DNA of 64,000 nt from a virus (taxonomy: Duplodnaviria > Heunggongvirae > Uroviricota > Caudoviricetes), in the IMG/VR virus record IMGVR_UViG_3300020045_008999, positions 416,001-480,000 of that record; one strand, 5' to 3'. This document shows positions 7,864 through 16,561 of this stretch, in pieces. The notes beneath the pieces are model-generated. The model made no database searches. It was not told the origin of the DNA and saw only the letters and a program-made list of their open reading frames with translations. The stretch's first letter is position 1. The number at the start of each line of letters is the position of its first letter. Position numbers and translations under genes: made by a program.

Positions 7864-8604
7864 TTATTCAATTATATCTACTTTTGTAGAAAAAGTTTCT
7901 CTTATTTTAGTTGTTTTGTCCAAAGTTTCTAAAAATGAATTGACTTTGGTCCTAATATTAATATCTTTCTTAATTTCTACTATTTCTAAGTTAATTTCCC
8001 GTGCTTTATCATTATCATTTTTTTGCTTATACAAACCCAATAATTCTGACATTATTCTCAATAGTTCGGTGTCTTTGACAAGTCTTTCAGCAGACTTCTC
8101 TAACGATTCTTCTACTGTGATGTTATTGATATACCAATCTTTTTGGGCGACCCAATTAATTTCACTTTCATCTAGTTTTAATTCATAAAATGGGTCTATT
8201 GATAACATAACTTCCAAGTCTAATTTATTCCTGTTTAACCACGTTAAATATTTATTTAAAATGGTAGGATCAGTGACAAACATTTTCTCAGACATTTCCC
8301 ATTTATTTCTGGGTTCATAATGCAGAAGTCCCAAATAGAATCTGACAAATTCAAGTGCCATTGGTGTATTTTTATCATCCCATACACAATAGCCTTTAGT
8401 TGGTACATAAAATATATTTGACCCAGCACTACCTATGGTAGTACCAGTGTGGCAAGCTTTAACTAGGCCTTCGTCAATTAACTCATCAATGTATCGTGAA
8501 AATTCTATTCGATTTGGGGCTACCTCGGCCACGATTCCGGATGTTCCCTGACCTGTGAGTTTTTGAGTCTCTACTATTGCGGTGTAAATTTCAGATTTAT
8601 TCAT
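7864..8604 (-). CDS. Hypothetical protein (possible N-terminal wHTH, C-terminal coiled coil)
   Basis: 246-aa ORF in a minus-strand gene run. Confidence 0.7.
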   Translation of the reverse strand: MNKSEIYTAIVETQKLTGQGTSGIVAEVAPNRIEFSRYIDELIDEGLVKACHTGTTIGSAGSNIFYVPTKGYCVWDDKNTPMALEFVRFYLGLLHYEPRNKWEMSEKMFVTDPTILNKYLTWLNRNKLDLEVMLSIDPFYELKLDESEINWVAQKDWYINNITVEESLEKSAERLVKDTELLRIMSELLGLYKQKNDNDKAREINLEIVEIKKDINIRTKVNSFLETLDKTTKIRETFSTKVDIIE

Positions 8605-8636
8605 TTTCTATATTATATTTGTGTAAATAATTTAAA

Positions 8637-9155
8637 CTATTCTATAACTTTCATTAGTGAATAACACAATACATATTTGAAATCCTCTGTGAAATCTTCA
8701 TCATCCAAATATTCACACTGTGGTTGTAGGGTGCCTATATACTCCCCCCACTTGTGCCAACGCCATCCACCACCTTTGCCTCGATTAGATTTATCTTGGA
8801 ATACCGGGGTTAGTGTAATTATATATCGTTTATCTGGATCCATTATCTGTGGTGCGTATAGATTTATAATTTGGTCTATATTATCAGCAACACCATATGA
8901 GCTAATAAATATTCCATCAAAATCATCCACGAAAAAACCAGTATCTGGATCACATATGTGCGCATTCAAATCCGGTCTCTCAATTTTTTCATGAAACTCT
9001 TCTGCTGCAAAGTTATAATCAAAACTACAGCGGTATATTCCCTTATCAACCTTCCATTTGGCATCAAATTGTGGCACATATTCGAAATTTGCCTCTTTTG
9101 CGATTTTAGTCCTACGTTTACTTTCTTGTATATTTGGTGTTAAATCTACTAGCAT
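8637..9155 (-). CDS. Hypothetical phage protein (GGGWRWHKWGEYIG motif)
   Basis: 172-aa ORF with ATG start. Confidence 0.75.
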   Translation of the reverse strand: MLVDLTPNIQESKRRTKIAKEANFEYVPQFDAKWKVDKGIYRCSFDYNFAAEEFHEKIERPDLNAHICDPDTGFFVDDFDGIFISSYGVADNIDQIINLYAPQIMDPDKRYIITLTPVFQDKSNRGKGGGWRWHKWGEYIGTLQPQCEYLDDEDFTEDFKYVLCYSLMKVIE

Positions 9156-9218
9156 ATTTTTATTTTAATTTTTTAGATGATATTTGGAACACAATCGATC
9201 GTTTTGTATTTGGATAAC

Positions 9219-9524
9219 TTATTGGACCATCGGTTCTAGATCGTATGCAATTAAATCACAAGGTGGTTCTTGTAGTACAAGAAAAATGTCAAGTGCCATT
9301 ATTTTATGAGCTTTGAAAATTTGATAACACATATTCCATTCAGCAGTGTTAATTGTAATTCCATGTTCAGTTCGGACCCCCTGGCAAATGCCCCATTTTC
9401 GCATTACACCATAGAATTTATTCAAAGAAGATTTGAAACTATCATCTTCTGAAATTTTTATATTATTCAGATCGTTGTAAATTTTTTCCAAATCGTTGAC
9501 AAAATTACTGTTTCGCTTATTCAT
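9219..9524 (-). CDS. Hypothetical protein
   Basis: 101-aa ORF. Confidence 0.65.
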   Translation of the reverse strand: MNKRNSNFVNDLEKIYNDLNNIKISEDDSFKSSLNKFYGVMRKWGICQGVRTEHGITINTAEWNMCYQIFKAHKIMALDIFLVLQEPPCDLIAYDLEPMVQ

Positions 9525-9567
9525 GTTATAGTGTTTAATAGTTTGCTTTTATACCCAAAATGTCATG

Positions 9568-9837
9568 TTAGTGTTCATTGCAAACCAACACTCCGCAAAC
9601 ACCAGAATAATTTACAAGCATAGAACTTCCATCCTCCTCGTTATATTCAGTGAACGTTTTTGCGCCATAACCTGCATCAGAATGAAAAGTATGTATTTCA
9701 AATTTTCCAGTCATTCCACTTTTCCATAAAAACACATCACCTGTTTTCAATTCGTCAACGCTTTTCAACGTGATAGGCAACGAAACACTAACATCGTGTA
9801 TAAGAGATTGCTTATTTGGTTTTGTATCTTTCGACAT
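9568..9837 (-). CDS. Hypothetical protein in an attC-like cassette
   Basis: 89 aa. The stop codon lies within AACACTAAC; the 5' part overlaps an inverted repeat. Confidence 0.7.
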   Translation of the reverse strand: MSKDTKPNKQSLIHDVSVSLPITLKSVDELKTGDVFLWKSGMTGKFEIHTFHSDAGYGAKTFTEYNEEDGSSMLVNYSGVCGVLVCNEH

Positions 9838-9917
9838 ATTTTTTGAATTTAATGATTAGTAATTTTTGGAGGTTTAGTCTTGAATCAGCAACCTCCCATA
9901 CACGCCGTCCGTTATAT
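9786..9917 (-). repeat. attC-like inverted repeat
   Basis: 18-bp arms at 9795-9812 and 9887-9904 (3 G-U pairs), flanked by ATATAAC and GTTAGTG on the minus strand. Confidence 0.65.
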
Positions 9918-10181
9918 GTGATGGAATTACATCAATAAATAATTAGTCGTTTGATGATTTTTGCTGATCATATACATTATTTGCAATTTTTTCCAAATCC
10001 TTCGATATATAATTTAAAAATGCCAACATCTGCTAAATGTCGGGTTTCAGTTTTTCTCTAGAACTCCATCAATTCGATGTTTTATCGCATTTAAATCACT
10101 GATTATTTCCGGGTTATTTTTCAAACAAGTGTGTAGTAGTTTCATAATACTTTTTTTAATTATCAGGCAATCAGCGTGGTT

Positions 10182-10913
10182 TTATAACATTTTAAATTCA
10201 TTAATATTCAACAAATGGTGCACACATCCATTGTGAATTGTTTTGATCGGTTTATGGAAGTGTCCATAAACATGTAATTTAATATTATTGAGTGGGTTCG
10301 CGTTTAATATATTGAACATTTCGCTAATATCATTACGTTCTTGTATTACGTCATCCCGTAATACTGGATCGGAAACAATCATTTCTTCGACGAATGGAGT
10401 AAACATTTCCACTGTTATCGGCTCGCACCAATTGGGAGCATTATGTGTAACCACTACATCAATACCGGATAAATTTTGTAATATATCTCGATCTAAAACA
10501 AACCCCTCATCTTTCCAATATGAAAGACGTTTATGTGTTTTGTTTCGCTCAATTCGCGGAATCCTATCTACGCTAATTGCACCACCAACAAAGAGAAATT
10601 TACGGTCCTCTATGTCTAAAACTGTATAATCTGGTAGCAAAGATAAATTACTAAAGGTGTGTTGGTACGCGCCACTGAAGAATCTGGGATCATCGTGATT
10701 TCCTCGCATTGCATACATAATACAATTAAATTCACACAATTTTTTATTCAGATAAGACAGTGTCTCCAAATCATATTCAAGTGATGTAAAACCTACACCA
10801 AAGTCTCCCACTTGTACTAATATCGAATCGGTTATTTGAAACCTTTTCAATAAAAAAATCAATGTTTTAAACTCTCCATGGATGTCCCCGATGAATATTA
10901 CTGGCTTTGTCAT
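10182..10913 (-). CDS. Calcineurin-like metallophosphoesterase
   Basis: GDIHG, VGDFG, RGNHD, VTH and YGHFH motifs. Confidence 0.92.
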   Translation of the reverse strand: MTKPVIFIGDIHGEFKTLIFLLKRFQITDSILVQVGDFGVGFTSLEYDLETLSYLNKKLCEFNCIMYAMRGNHDDPRFFSGAYQHTFSNLSLLPDYTVLDIEDRKFLFVGGAISVDRIPRIERNKTHKRLSYWKDEGFVLDRDILQNLSGIDVVVTHNAPNWCEPITVEMFTPFVEEMIVSDPVLRDDVIQERNDISEMFNILNANPLNNIKLHVYGHFHKPIKTIHNGCVHHLLNINEFKML

Positions 10914-10965
10914 ATTGCAAATATATAATTTTTATTTAATATATACAATAAATACAATAAGAATT

Positions 10966-11631
10966 ATGAATTATCTTAAACTTTATGAAAATTTTGACGT
11001 ACACGAATGGGTAGATACTCAGGAACAATACACAGTTGATTCATTAAAATTTCAAAAAATTGTAGATTTAATCAAACAAGAATTAGGACCAGATGTGAGT
11101 GATATAGATCACATAAGTCAATCTCGCACAAGTTATGGACAATCGTGGTATATTATTTTTAAGAATGGTAAGGAAATTAGATTATCGGACCATTCAGTAA
11201 CATCAACAAACCGAACACAGTCTAAGAATTCGCTCGCAATGGTAAATATACATCTAGATTTTAGTGAGAAATATGCTAAGAGGATAGTTGATTATTACCG
11301 ACGCATAAAACAATCAATGGGTGGAAATCCGGTAAGTGTACATAAATTATTTACAGATACAGCGCAAAAGTTACAATATGTCGACGGGCATTCTGACAAA
11401 TTCATTGACAATTTAAAACAATCTAATAAAACAATAATCGAAATTGAACGGACCTACATGGATATGGCTACGTTAAAATCCAAATATCCATCAGCCGAGC
11501 ATATTTTTCAACAAGATATTGGTGGGCGCGCATCCAGCTTTACGTTTGTTAATCAGTCGAACGGTGACAATAATTATGTATTATCAATAGATTATTTTGA
11601 TTTCCTTAATAAATCGGGAATTCTATCTTAA
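10966..11631 (+). CDS. Hypothetical protein with IRLSDH motif and capsid-targeting-like N-terminus
   Basis: Start moved to ATG 10966 (MNYLKLYENF), downstream of TAATATATA at 10937. Confidence 0.7.
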   Translation: MNYLKLYENFDVHEWVDTQEQYTVDSLKFQKIVDLIKQELGPDVSDIDHISQSRTSYGQSWYIIFKNGKEIRLSDHSVTSTNRTQSKNSLAMVNIHLDFSEKYAKRIVDYYRRIKQSMGGNPVSVHKLFTDTAQKLQYVDGHSDKFIDNLKQSNKTIIEIERTYMDMATLKSKYPSAEHIFQQDIGGRASSFTFVNQSNGDNNYVLSIDYFDFLNKSGILS

Positions 11632-11656
11632 TATATACATAAAACAAATATCATAT

Positions 11657-11923
11657 ATGGCACATATTAAGAAATTCACTGAGTCATTTATAATTGGGTC
11701 AATTCCATTGGAAAGTTCCGCTAAAATGAGGAATAAGCTTTCTAAATTGACTTCGCTGTTAACCCGTTATGAGGAAATTGTAATATCTAATATAGATACA
11801 AATTCGGATGATTATCCAACTGATGTTAATGTGATTAATGTGAAAATTTCTAATCTTTTAAATTCAATGGACTTAGATGATTTAGAAATAGCATTGGAAG
11901 ACTGTAGTCATAAATATAAATAA
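11657..11923 (+). CDS. Small helical protein with capsid-targeting-like N-terminus
   Basis: Starts MAHIKKFTES; TAATATATA at 11629. Confidence 0.7.
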   Translation: MAHIKKFTESFIIGSIPLESSAKMRNKLSKLTSLLTRYEEIVISNIDTNSDDYPTDVNVINVKISNLLNSMDLDDLEIALEDCSHKYK

Positions 11924-11952
11924 AAAGAGGTGATATTATCACCTCTTTTTTT
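11922..11952. terminator. Bidirectional terminator
   Basis: AAAAAGAGGTGATA-T-TATCACCTCTTTTT between convergent genes. Confidence 0.85.
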
Positions 11953-13036
11953 AAAAATCATCTAATAAATCATTCATATCACCGACATTTGCATCGAGTG
12001 AGTTTGTCAAATATGAAGTGATTTCAGTTTCTTGGGCGGCACTCTGCACAGATCCTGAATCTACATATTTATTAATCCATGTGATCGGATTTTTAGTTTT
12101 TGGAAAAATTTGTCGCAATCCCATATTTTTCATACGTAGATTAACTAAATATTTCATATAATTTGATAAAATATCTGCGTTCAACCCGATTAAATCACCG
12201 TCTTTGAACAAGTATTTTGCCCATTCAATTTCTTCATTTGCGGCATCTTCCCACATTTTATATACCGTTTCTTCACAATCTTTAGCGACTTCGGAAAATC
12301 CTTCACTCTCAACACTTTCTAGTGTTTTTAATATAAATCGAGTAAAACCACCATGCAGGTTTTCATCACGATTAATCAACTTGATAATTTGGGCATTACC
12401 AATCATTTTATTCTGTTCATGGAAATAATAAGAACAAGCAAATGATACATAAAATCTAACGAATTCTAAGATCTGAATTGAAACTAAGGTCAAGTATAAT
12501 TTCTTCTTTTTATTATACAATGTATCTCCGGGTATGCTGTTGATCAAGTCATCATAATAATGTGTAACGCTAGATGCTCGTTTTATGATTTCAGGATCCC
12601 TTGAAATTTCATCAAAAATTTCAGATGGGTTCGGGTAAACGTTTTTAATAATATGGGTATATGATCTAGAATGAATTTGTTCGAAAAAAGCCCAAGTTTC
12701 ACAAAATGACTCCACTTCAAGGTTTGTGCAATCTTCCAATAGGTGTAAAATTCCACGAGATTGTATACTATCTAAAAGTATTTGATATCCTAAATTTTTG
12801 GTAAATATGAATTTTTCTTGCTCAGATAATGTTTTAAAATCCCCTCGGTCTTTAGTAACATCAATTTCATTAGGCCGCCAAAACAAAAGCATTTGTTTTT
12901 CATAGAAATCCTCGATTTGTTTGTATTTTGGATTATCATAACGCTGAAATCCTAAGGATTCCTCCCCAAAGAACATAGGGATCGTAGATGGATCAATACT
13001 ATTTACATTGATAATTTTTTTAACTCGTTCGTCCAT
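11951..13036 (-). CDS. nrdB: Ribonucleotide reductase class Ia beta subunit
   Basis: FWRPNEI, LLDSIQ, EQIHSRSYTH, EFVRFYVSF, RDENLH, QETEITSY. Confidence 0.97.
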   Translation of the reverse strand: MDERVKKIINVNSIDPSTIPMFFGEESLGFQRYDNPKYKQIEDFYEKQMLLFWRPNEIDVTKDRGDFKTLSEQEKFIFTKNLGYQILLDSIQSRGILHLLEDCTNLEVESFCETWAFFEQIHSRSYTHIIKNVYPNPSEIFDEISRDPEIIKRASSVTHYYDDLINSIPGDTLYNKKKKLYLTLVSIQILEFVRFYVSFACSYYFHEQNKMIGNAQIIKLINRDENLHGGFTRFILKTLESVESEGFSEVAKDCEETVYKMWEDAANEEIEWAKYLFKDGDLIGLNADILSNYMKYLVNLRMKNMGLRQIFPKTKNPITWINKYVDSGSVQSAAQETEITSYLTNSLDANVGDMNDLLDDF

Positions 13037-13065
13037 TTTTATTTTTTTATAATTTTGTTATAATG

Positions 13066-13094
13066 ATTATATGCTGATTATATACTTTTGTTTA
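13066..13094 (-). promoter_or_regulatory. TAAAC-N18-TATAAT putative middle promoter (representative)
   Basis: Same spacing upstream of nrdB, the helicase (22549-22577), polB (28282-28310), the glycosyltransferase, the 41665 gene (41686-41714) and the S1 gene (55319-55347). Confidence 0.65.
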
Positions 13095-13126
13095 AAAAAA
13101 TAGTACATTTGTTGTAAATAATAAAA

Positions 13127-13567
13127 ATGAATATACAAGACATGCAAAAAAGTGCTTTACTTAGACAACTTCAAATTGACATGATATCGGATGATCCAAA
13201 TCCAATTACAATCTGGTTCGGTGAATTATGGAATTCCTTATCTAAAATGGAAATTAATGTTTTTCAAGACAATGGTAATGAAACTATTTATTTCTTAGAC
13301 AATGAAACATGGCCTTGGGTATTTTACCATGATAAAACTAATGGGCAGTTGGTCTGTAACTATGATCACTACTGGTCCAGATTTGCTAATAATAAAACTA
13401 TCAAATCTGCCGATATTAAACCAATTACAGAATTCCTAGTGCAAGAAGCCCTTAATGGGGAAGTAGTATGGGCAATTGGTGATAGTTTTATAAGTTTTGA
13501 CCCAATTCAAGATGCACTTAATGGGAATATGCTGGAGTGGAATGATAAAAAATATGAAAAAACGTAA
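13127..13567 (+). CDS. Hypothetical protein, paralog of 13596-13991
   Basis: Shares LLRxLxID...W.FYH...CNYDHYW...IT.FLV with the next ORF. Confidence 0.8.
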   Translation: MNIQDMQKSALLRQLQIDMISDDPNPITIWFGELWNSLSKMEINVFQDNGNETIYFLDNETWPWVFYHDKTNGQLVCNYDHYWSRFANNKTIKSADIKPITEFLVQEALNGEVVWAIGDSFISFDPIQDALNGNMLEWNDKKYEKT

Positions 13568-13595
13568 TATATTCTCATTCATTTAAACTATAAAT

Positions 13596-13991
13596 ATGGC
13601 AGACTGTACCTTATTAAGAGAGCTTAAAATTGATTTATTATTAGACAAACCTAATATTATCCAGGAATGGTTTATTAAACTTTGTAGTAGCCTGATAGTG
13701 ATGGAATGTGATATTTACGGAAGTGGTAATGTTTATTACACTAACGATGAATCACCACGCTGGATATTTTATCATCTAAAAAATGATCATCAATTTTTTT
13801 GTAATTATGATCATTATTGGTGTATTTTTTGTATTGACGTCAATACCAGCGGCGATGATTATTTTAGAGTAGTAGGAACAATTACTAAATTCTTGGTCGA
13901 GAAAATGCTGGGTCATGAAATTTCAAACCCGGTAGCACTTGAATCCAGAATGAGTAATTCAATACAAAACTATGTAATTATAAATATTTAA
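13596..13991 (+). CDS. Hypothetical protein, paralog of 13127-13567
   Basis: Tandem paralog containing CNYDHYW. Confidence 0.8.
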   Translation: MADCTLLRELKIDLLLDKPNIIQEWFIKLCSSLIVMECDIYGSGNVYYTNDESPRWIFYHLKNDHQFFCNYDHYWCIFCIDVNTSGDDYFRVVGTITKFLVEKMLGHEISNPVALESRMSNSIQNYVIINI

Positions 13992-13999
13992 GAAATAAT

Positions 14000-14443
14000 A
14001 TGAAATTAACTATTGAATTAGTTCCAAAAACTTGTTGGTATTCGAATGTCCGTTCTAATGTAACTACATCCGAATGGAATAAAATTAGAAAAAAAGTATA
14101 CCTTGACGCAAACCATGTTTGTGAAATATGTGGAAGTAATGGTAAATTACAAGGTCGTCGTCACGCAGTTGAATGCCATGAAGTATGGGAATATAATGAT
14201 ATTACTCATGAGCAGCGGCTAGTTAGAATGATTGCACTTTGTCCGAATTGTCACCAAACTAAACATGCTGGACTGGCAAATATCAACGGTAAAACTGAAC
14301 AAGTTATTAGACATCTTATGCATGTAAATCAAATAAATCGAACAGAGGCTGTTATGTATTTCAATGCATCCCTTGGCAGATGGTTAAATCGTAGTAAATT
14401 TAAATGGACACTAGATATTAGTGCATTGGGTTCTTATTTATAA
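14000..14443 (+). CDS. HNH endonuclease-family protein
   Basis: CEICG...ECHEVW...LCPNCHQTKH. Confidence 0.85.
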   Translation: MKLTIELVPKTCWYSNVRSNVTTSEWNKIRKKVYLDANHVCEICGSNGKLQGRRHAVECHEVWEYNDITHEQRLVRMIALCPNCHQTKHAGLANINGKTEQVIRHLMHVNQINRTEAVMYFNASLGRWLNRSKFKWTLDISALGSYL

Positions 14444-14475
14444 AAATTAATATATAATAAAAATAACTAAAACAT

Positions 14476-14697
14476 TTGAAGACGATTAAAACATTCGAAG
14501 CGTTTGTGGCCCGAGAGGAAATTGATTATGATGTAATTTTGTATAAAATCAAAGATCATGGGTGGGGAGATTTAGATGATAACCGAATTCAAAGCTTTGA
14601 GAATTCAAAGTATTATTCGGGTACCTCTGATGTTGATCAATATACCGAGGAATTACATAAGTATATGTACGCATTGTCAGTCAGGGACATAAAATAA
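14476..14697 (+). CDS. Small protein with capsid-targeting-like N-terminus (TTG start)
   Basis: MKTIKTFEAFVAREE; TAATATATA at 14448. Confidence 0.65.
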   Translation: MKTIKTFEAFVAREEIDYDVILYKIKDHGWGDLDDNRIQSFENSKYYSGTSDVDQYTEELHKYMYALSVRDIK

Positions 14698-14725
14698 AAA
14701 AAGCTCTCAATATTGAGAGCTTTTT
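14696..14725. terminator. Bidirectional terminator
   Basis: AAAAAAAGCTCTCAA-TA-TTGAGAGCTTTTT. Confidence 0.85.
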
Positions 14726-15443
14726 AGTTTGTAAATTTAGTAATGGTATTAATCAGCGTTAAATTCACAGGTGGTATATTACTTAGTGTATAAAACCCTT
14801 TATCTATAAAATTAGGATCATTGTATAAGTTAATTTCCAAACCAGTAGTATCAATTTCGTAAATATTATAATTGTTTATGTGTTTGATTGAATAATTGAA
14901 TAACTTCATCTTTATAATTACTTCATCACTTGCTGATTTAGTTTTACAAACGTATATTCTATTATCATGTAATGCTAATTTCTGTTTACGCTTAGGTATC
15001 AATCCAAATTTCATTATTTTATCGTGATAAATAGAAGGGGATACATGATATAATCGCTTAGGAATAGCGGATACTTTGTCGAACTTAGCTTCGTATATTA
15101 TTTTAACTTCGGAAAGGTCCTTGCATGATGCTAATAAATAACTCTCATCATATTTGGTATTATGTTCCATACCATTAGTTTTGATAATATACATATAAGA
15201 TGGGAACCATCCCAATTGGTTAATAATTGTTGAACATAAGTATCCAAATAGTAGCTCTATGTATACCTTATTAAATTCATACAAAGTTAATGACATTGAT
15301 ACATTTTTAAAATTTTCAATATCGAACGGTATGTTTAAAATACTCAACTTTCGTTTAATAGCCAGAATGCTGAAATTAATTTCAGTGGTAGTTATTAACC
15401 CTTCATTTAAAGAATGTATAAATGTTTTAAAATCTTGTATCAT
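14724..15443 (-). CDS. Putative ADP-ribosyltransferase-fold (Tpt1/DUF952-like) protein
   Basis: RLYHVS...KIMKFGLIP...RIYVC...IYEID...NIPP pattern; N-terminus MIQDFKTFIHSLNE. Confidence 0.55.
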   Translation of the reverse strand: MIQDFKTFIHSLNEGLITTTEINFSILAIKRKLSILNIPFDIENFKNVSMSLTLYEFNKVYIELLFGYLCSTIINQLGWFPSYMYIIKTNGMEHNTKYDESYLLASCKDLSEVKIIYEAKFDKVSAIPKRLYHVSPSIYHDKIMKFGLIPKRKQKLALHDNRIYVCKTKSASDEVIIKMKLFNYSIKHINNYNIYEIDTTGLEINLYNDPNFIDKGFYTLSNIPPVNLTLINTITKFTN

Positions 15444-15467
15444 GTTATTTTATTTTATTATATTATC

Positions 15468-15500
15468 AAAAAGGGCACTCAATGTGGAGGGCCCTTTTTT
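15468..15500. terminator. Terminator downstream of the nrdA C-fragment
   Basis: AAAAAGGGC...GCCCTTTTTT. Confidence 0.7.
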
Positions 15501-15507
15501 AAATTTG

Positions 15508-16557
15508 CTATAAAACACAAGCATCACCACATCCAGATTCCAATTGTGAATCTGCCGTCGCATCGGCTTGAATAGTATCTAGTGTATTGGCATAGTACAA
15601 CTGTTTCCCACCATATTTGTAAAATTCTAGCATGTCTTTAATAACGACTTTAGCTGGCACTTTATTCCCTTCGTATTGGGCCGGGTTATAATAATGATTG
15701 ACTGATATTCCTTGATCTATCCATTTTTGCATTACACATACTACTTTGTTGATAACACTGTTATCAGTAATATCCCATGCCAATGTGTATTTATTTCCCA
15801 AAGTTTTCACACTAGGAACCACAATTTTAATACCACCATTTTTATTTAATTTAGTAGTGATTAATGACCTAGGTGGTTCAATACCATTTGTTGAGTTGGT
15901 AACAACTGAGGATGACTCCGACGGCATTAATGCACTTAAAACGGAATTTCTCATTCCATATTTGGCAATTTCACCGCGCAACCATTCCCAGTCACACGTC
16001 AATTCTCTTTTTACCAGCTCATCAACACGTTTATTATATAAATCAATTGGTAAAAGTCCCTCGGAATACTTAGTTCTGTTGAAATATTCACAAGGCCCAA
16101 GTTCTTTGGCAAGTTCCATGGATGCTTTCATCAAATAAAACTGAATATGTTCGAATAATTCATCGGTCATATCTAATATTTCTTGTGTACCGTATTTAAG
16201 ATTGTTTTTGGCCAAGAAGTACGCGTAATTGGTAACACCAACCCCGATTGACCTACGCTTAATCTGTTTATTTGATGCAGCAACCGGATAGTCTTGTAAA
16301 TCAATTATTTTGTCTAGTGCCTTAACCATATAGTACAGGGGCTTTTCCATTTTGGAAAAGGTATCTCTACCACCTAAATTGCCTAGGTTAATTCCTCCAA
16401 GCATGCACAAAGCTATCTCCGATGGTACATTCCCATACATCAATTCGAATTCTTGATCTAAATATACATACTCATCGTCGTTTTCTACTTCATTTTTATT
16501 ACAAAATTCAACCAAGTTCTCGTATTGGTTTTCTGCGTAAATTATTTCTTCTATCAT
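15508..16557 (-). CDS. nrdA: Ribonucleotide reductase alpha, C-terminal fragment of a split gene
   Basis: EIALCMLG, MPSESSS, NGIEP, KQLYY and terminal CGDAC; acidic extra N-terminal tail. Confidence 0.92.
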   Translation of the reverse strand: MIEEIIYAENQYENLVEFCNKNEVENDDEYVYLDQEFELMYGNVPSEIALCMLGGINLGNLGGRDTFSKMEKPLYYMVKALDKIIDLQDYPVAASNKQIKRRSIGVGVTNYAYFLAKNNLKYGTQEILDMTDELFEHIQFYLMKASMELAKELGPCEYFNRTKYSEGLLPIDLYNKRVDELVKRELTCDWEWLRGEIAKYGMRNSVLSALMPSESSSVVTNSTNGIEPPRSLITTKLNKNGGIKIVVPSVKTLGNKYTLAWDITDNSVINKVVCVMQKWIDQGISVNHYYNPAQYEGNKVPAKVVIKDMLEFYKYGGKQLYYANTLDTIQADATADSQLESGCGDACVL

Positions 16558-16561
16558 TTTA

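Noticed and set aside
9944-10146. Frameshifted small gene (MKLLHTCLKN...) on the minus strand
   Set aside because: Would need two frameshifts and has no recognisable motif; cannot be supported without homologs.
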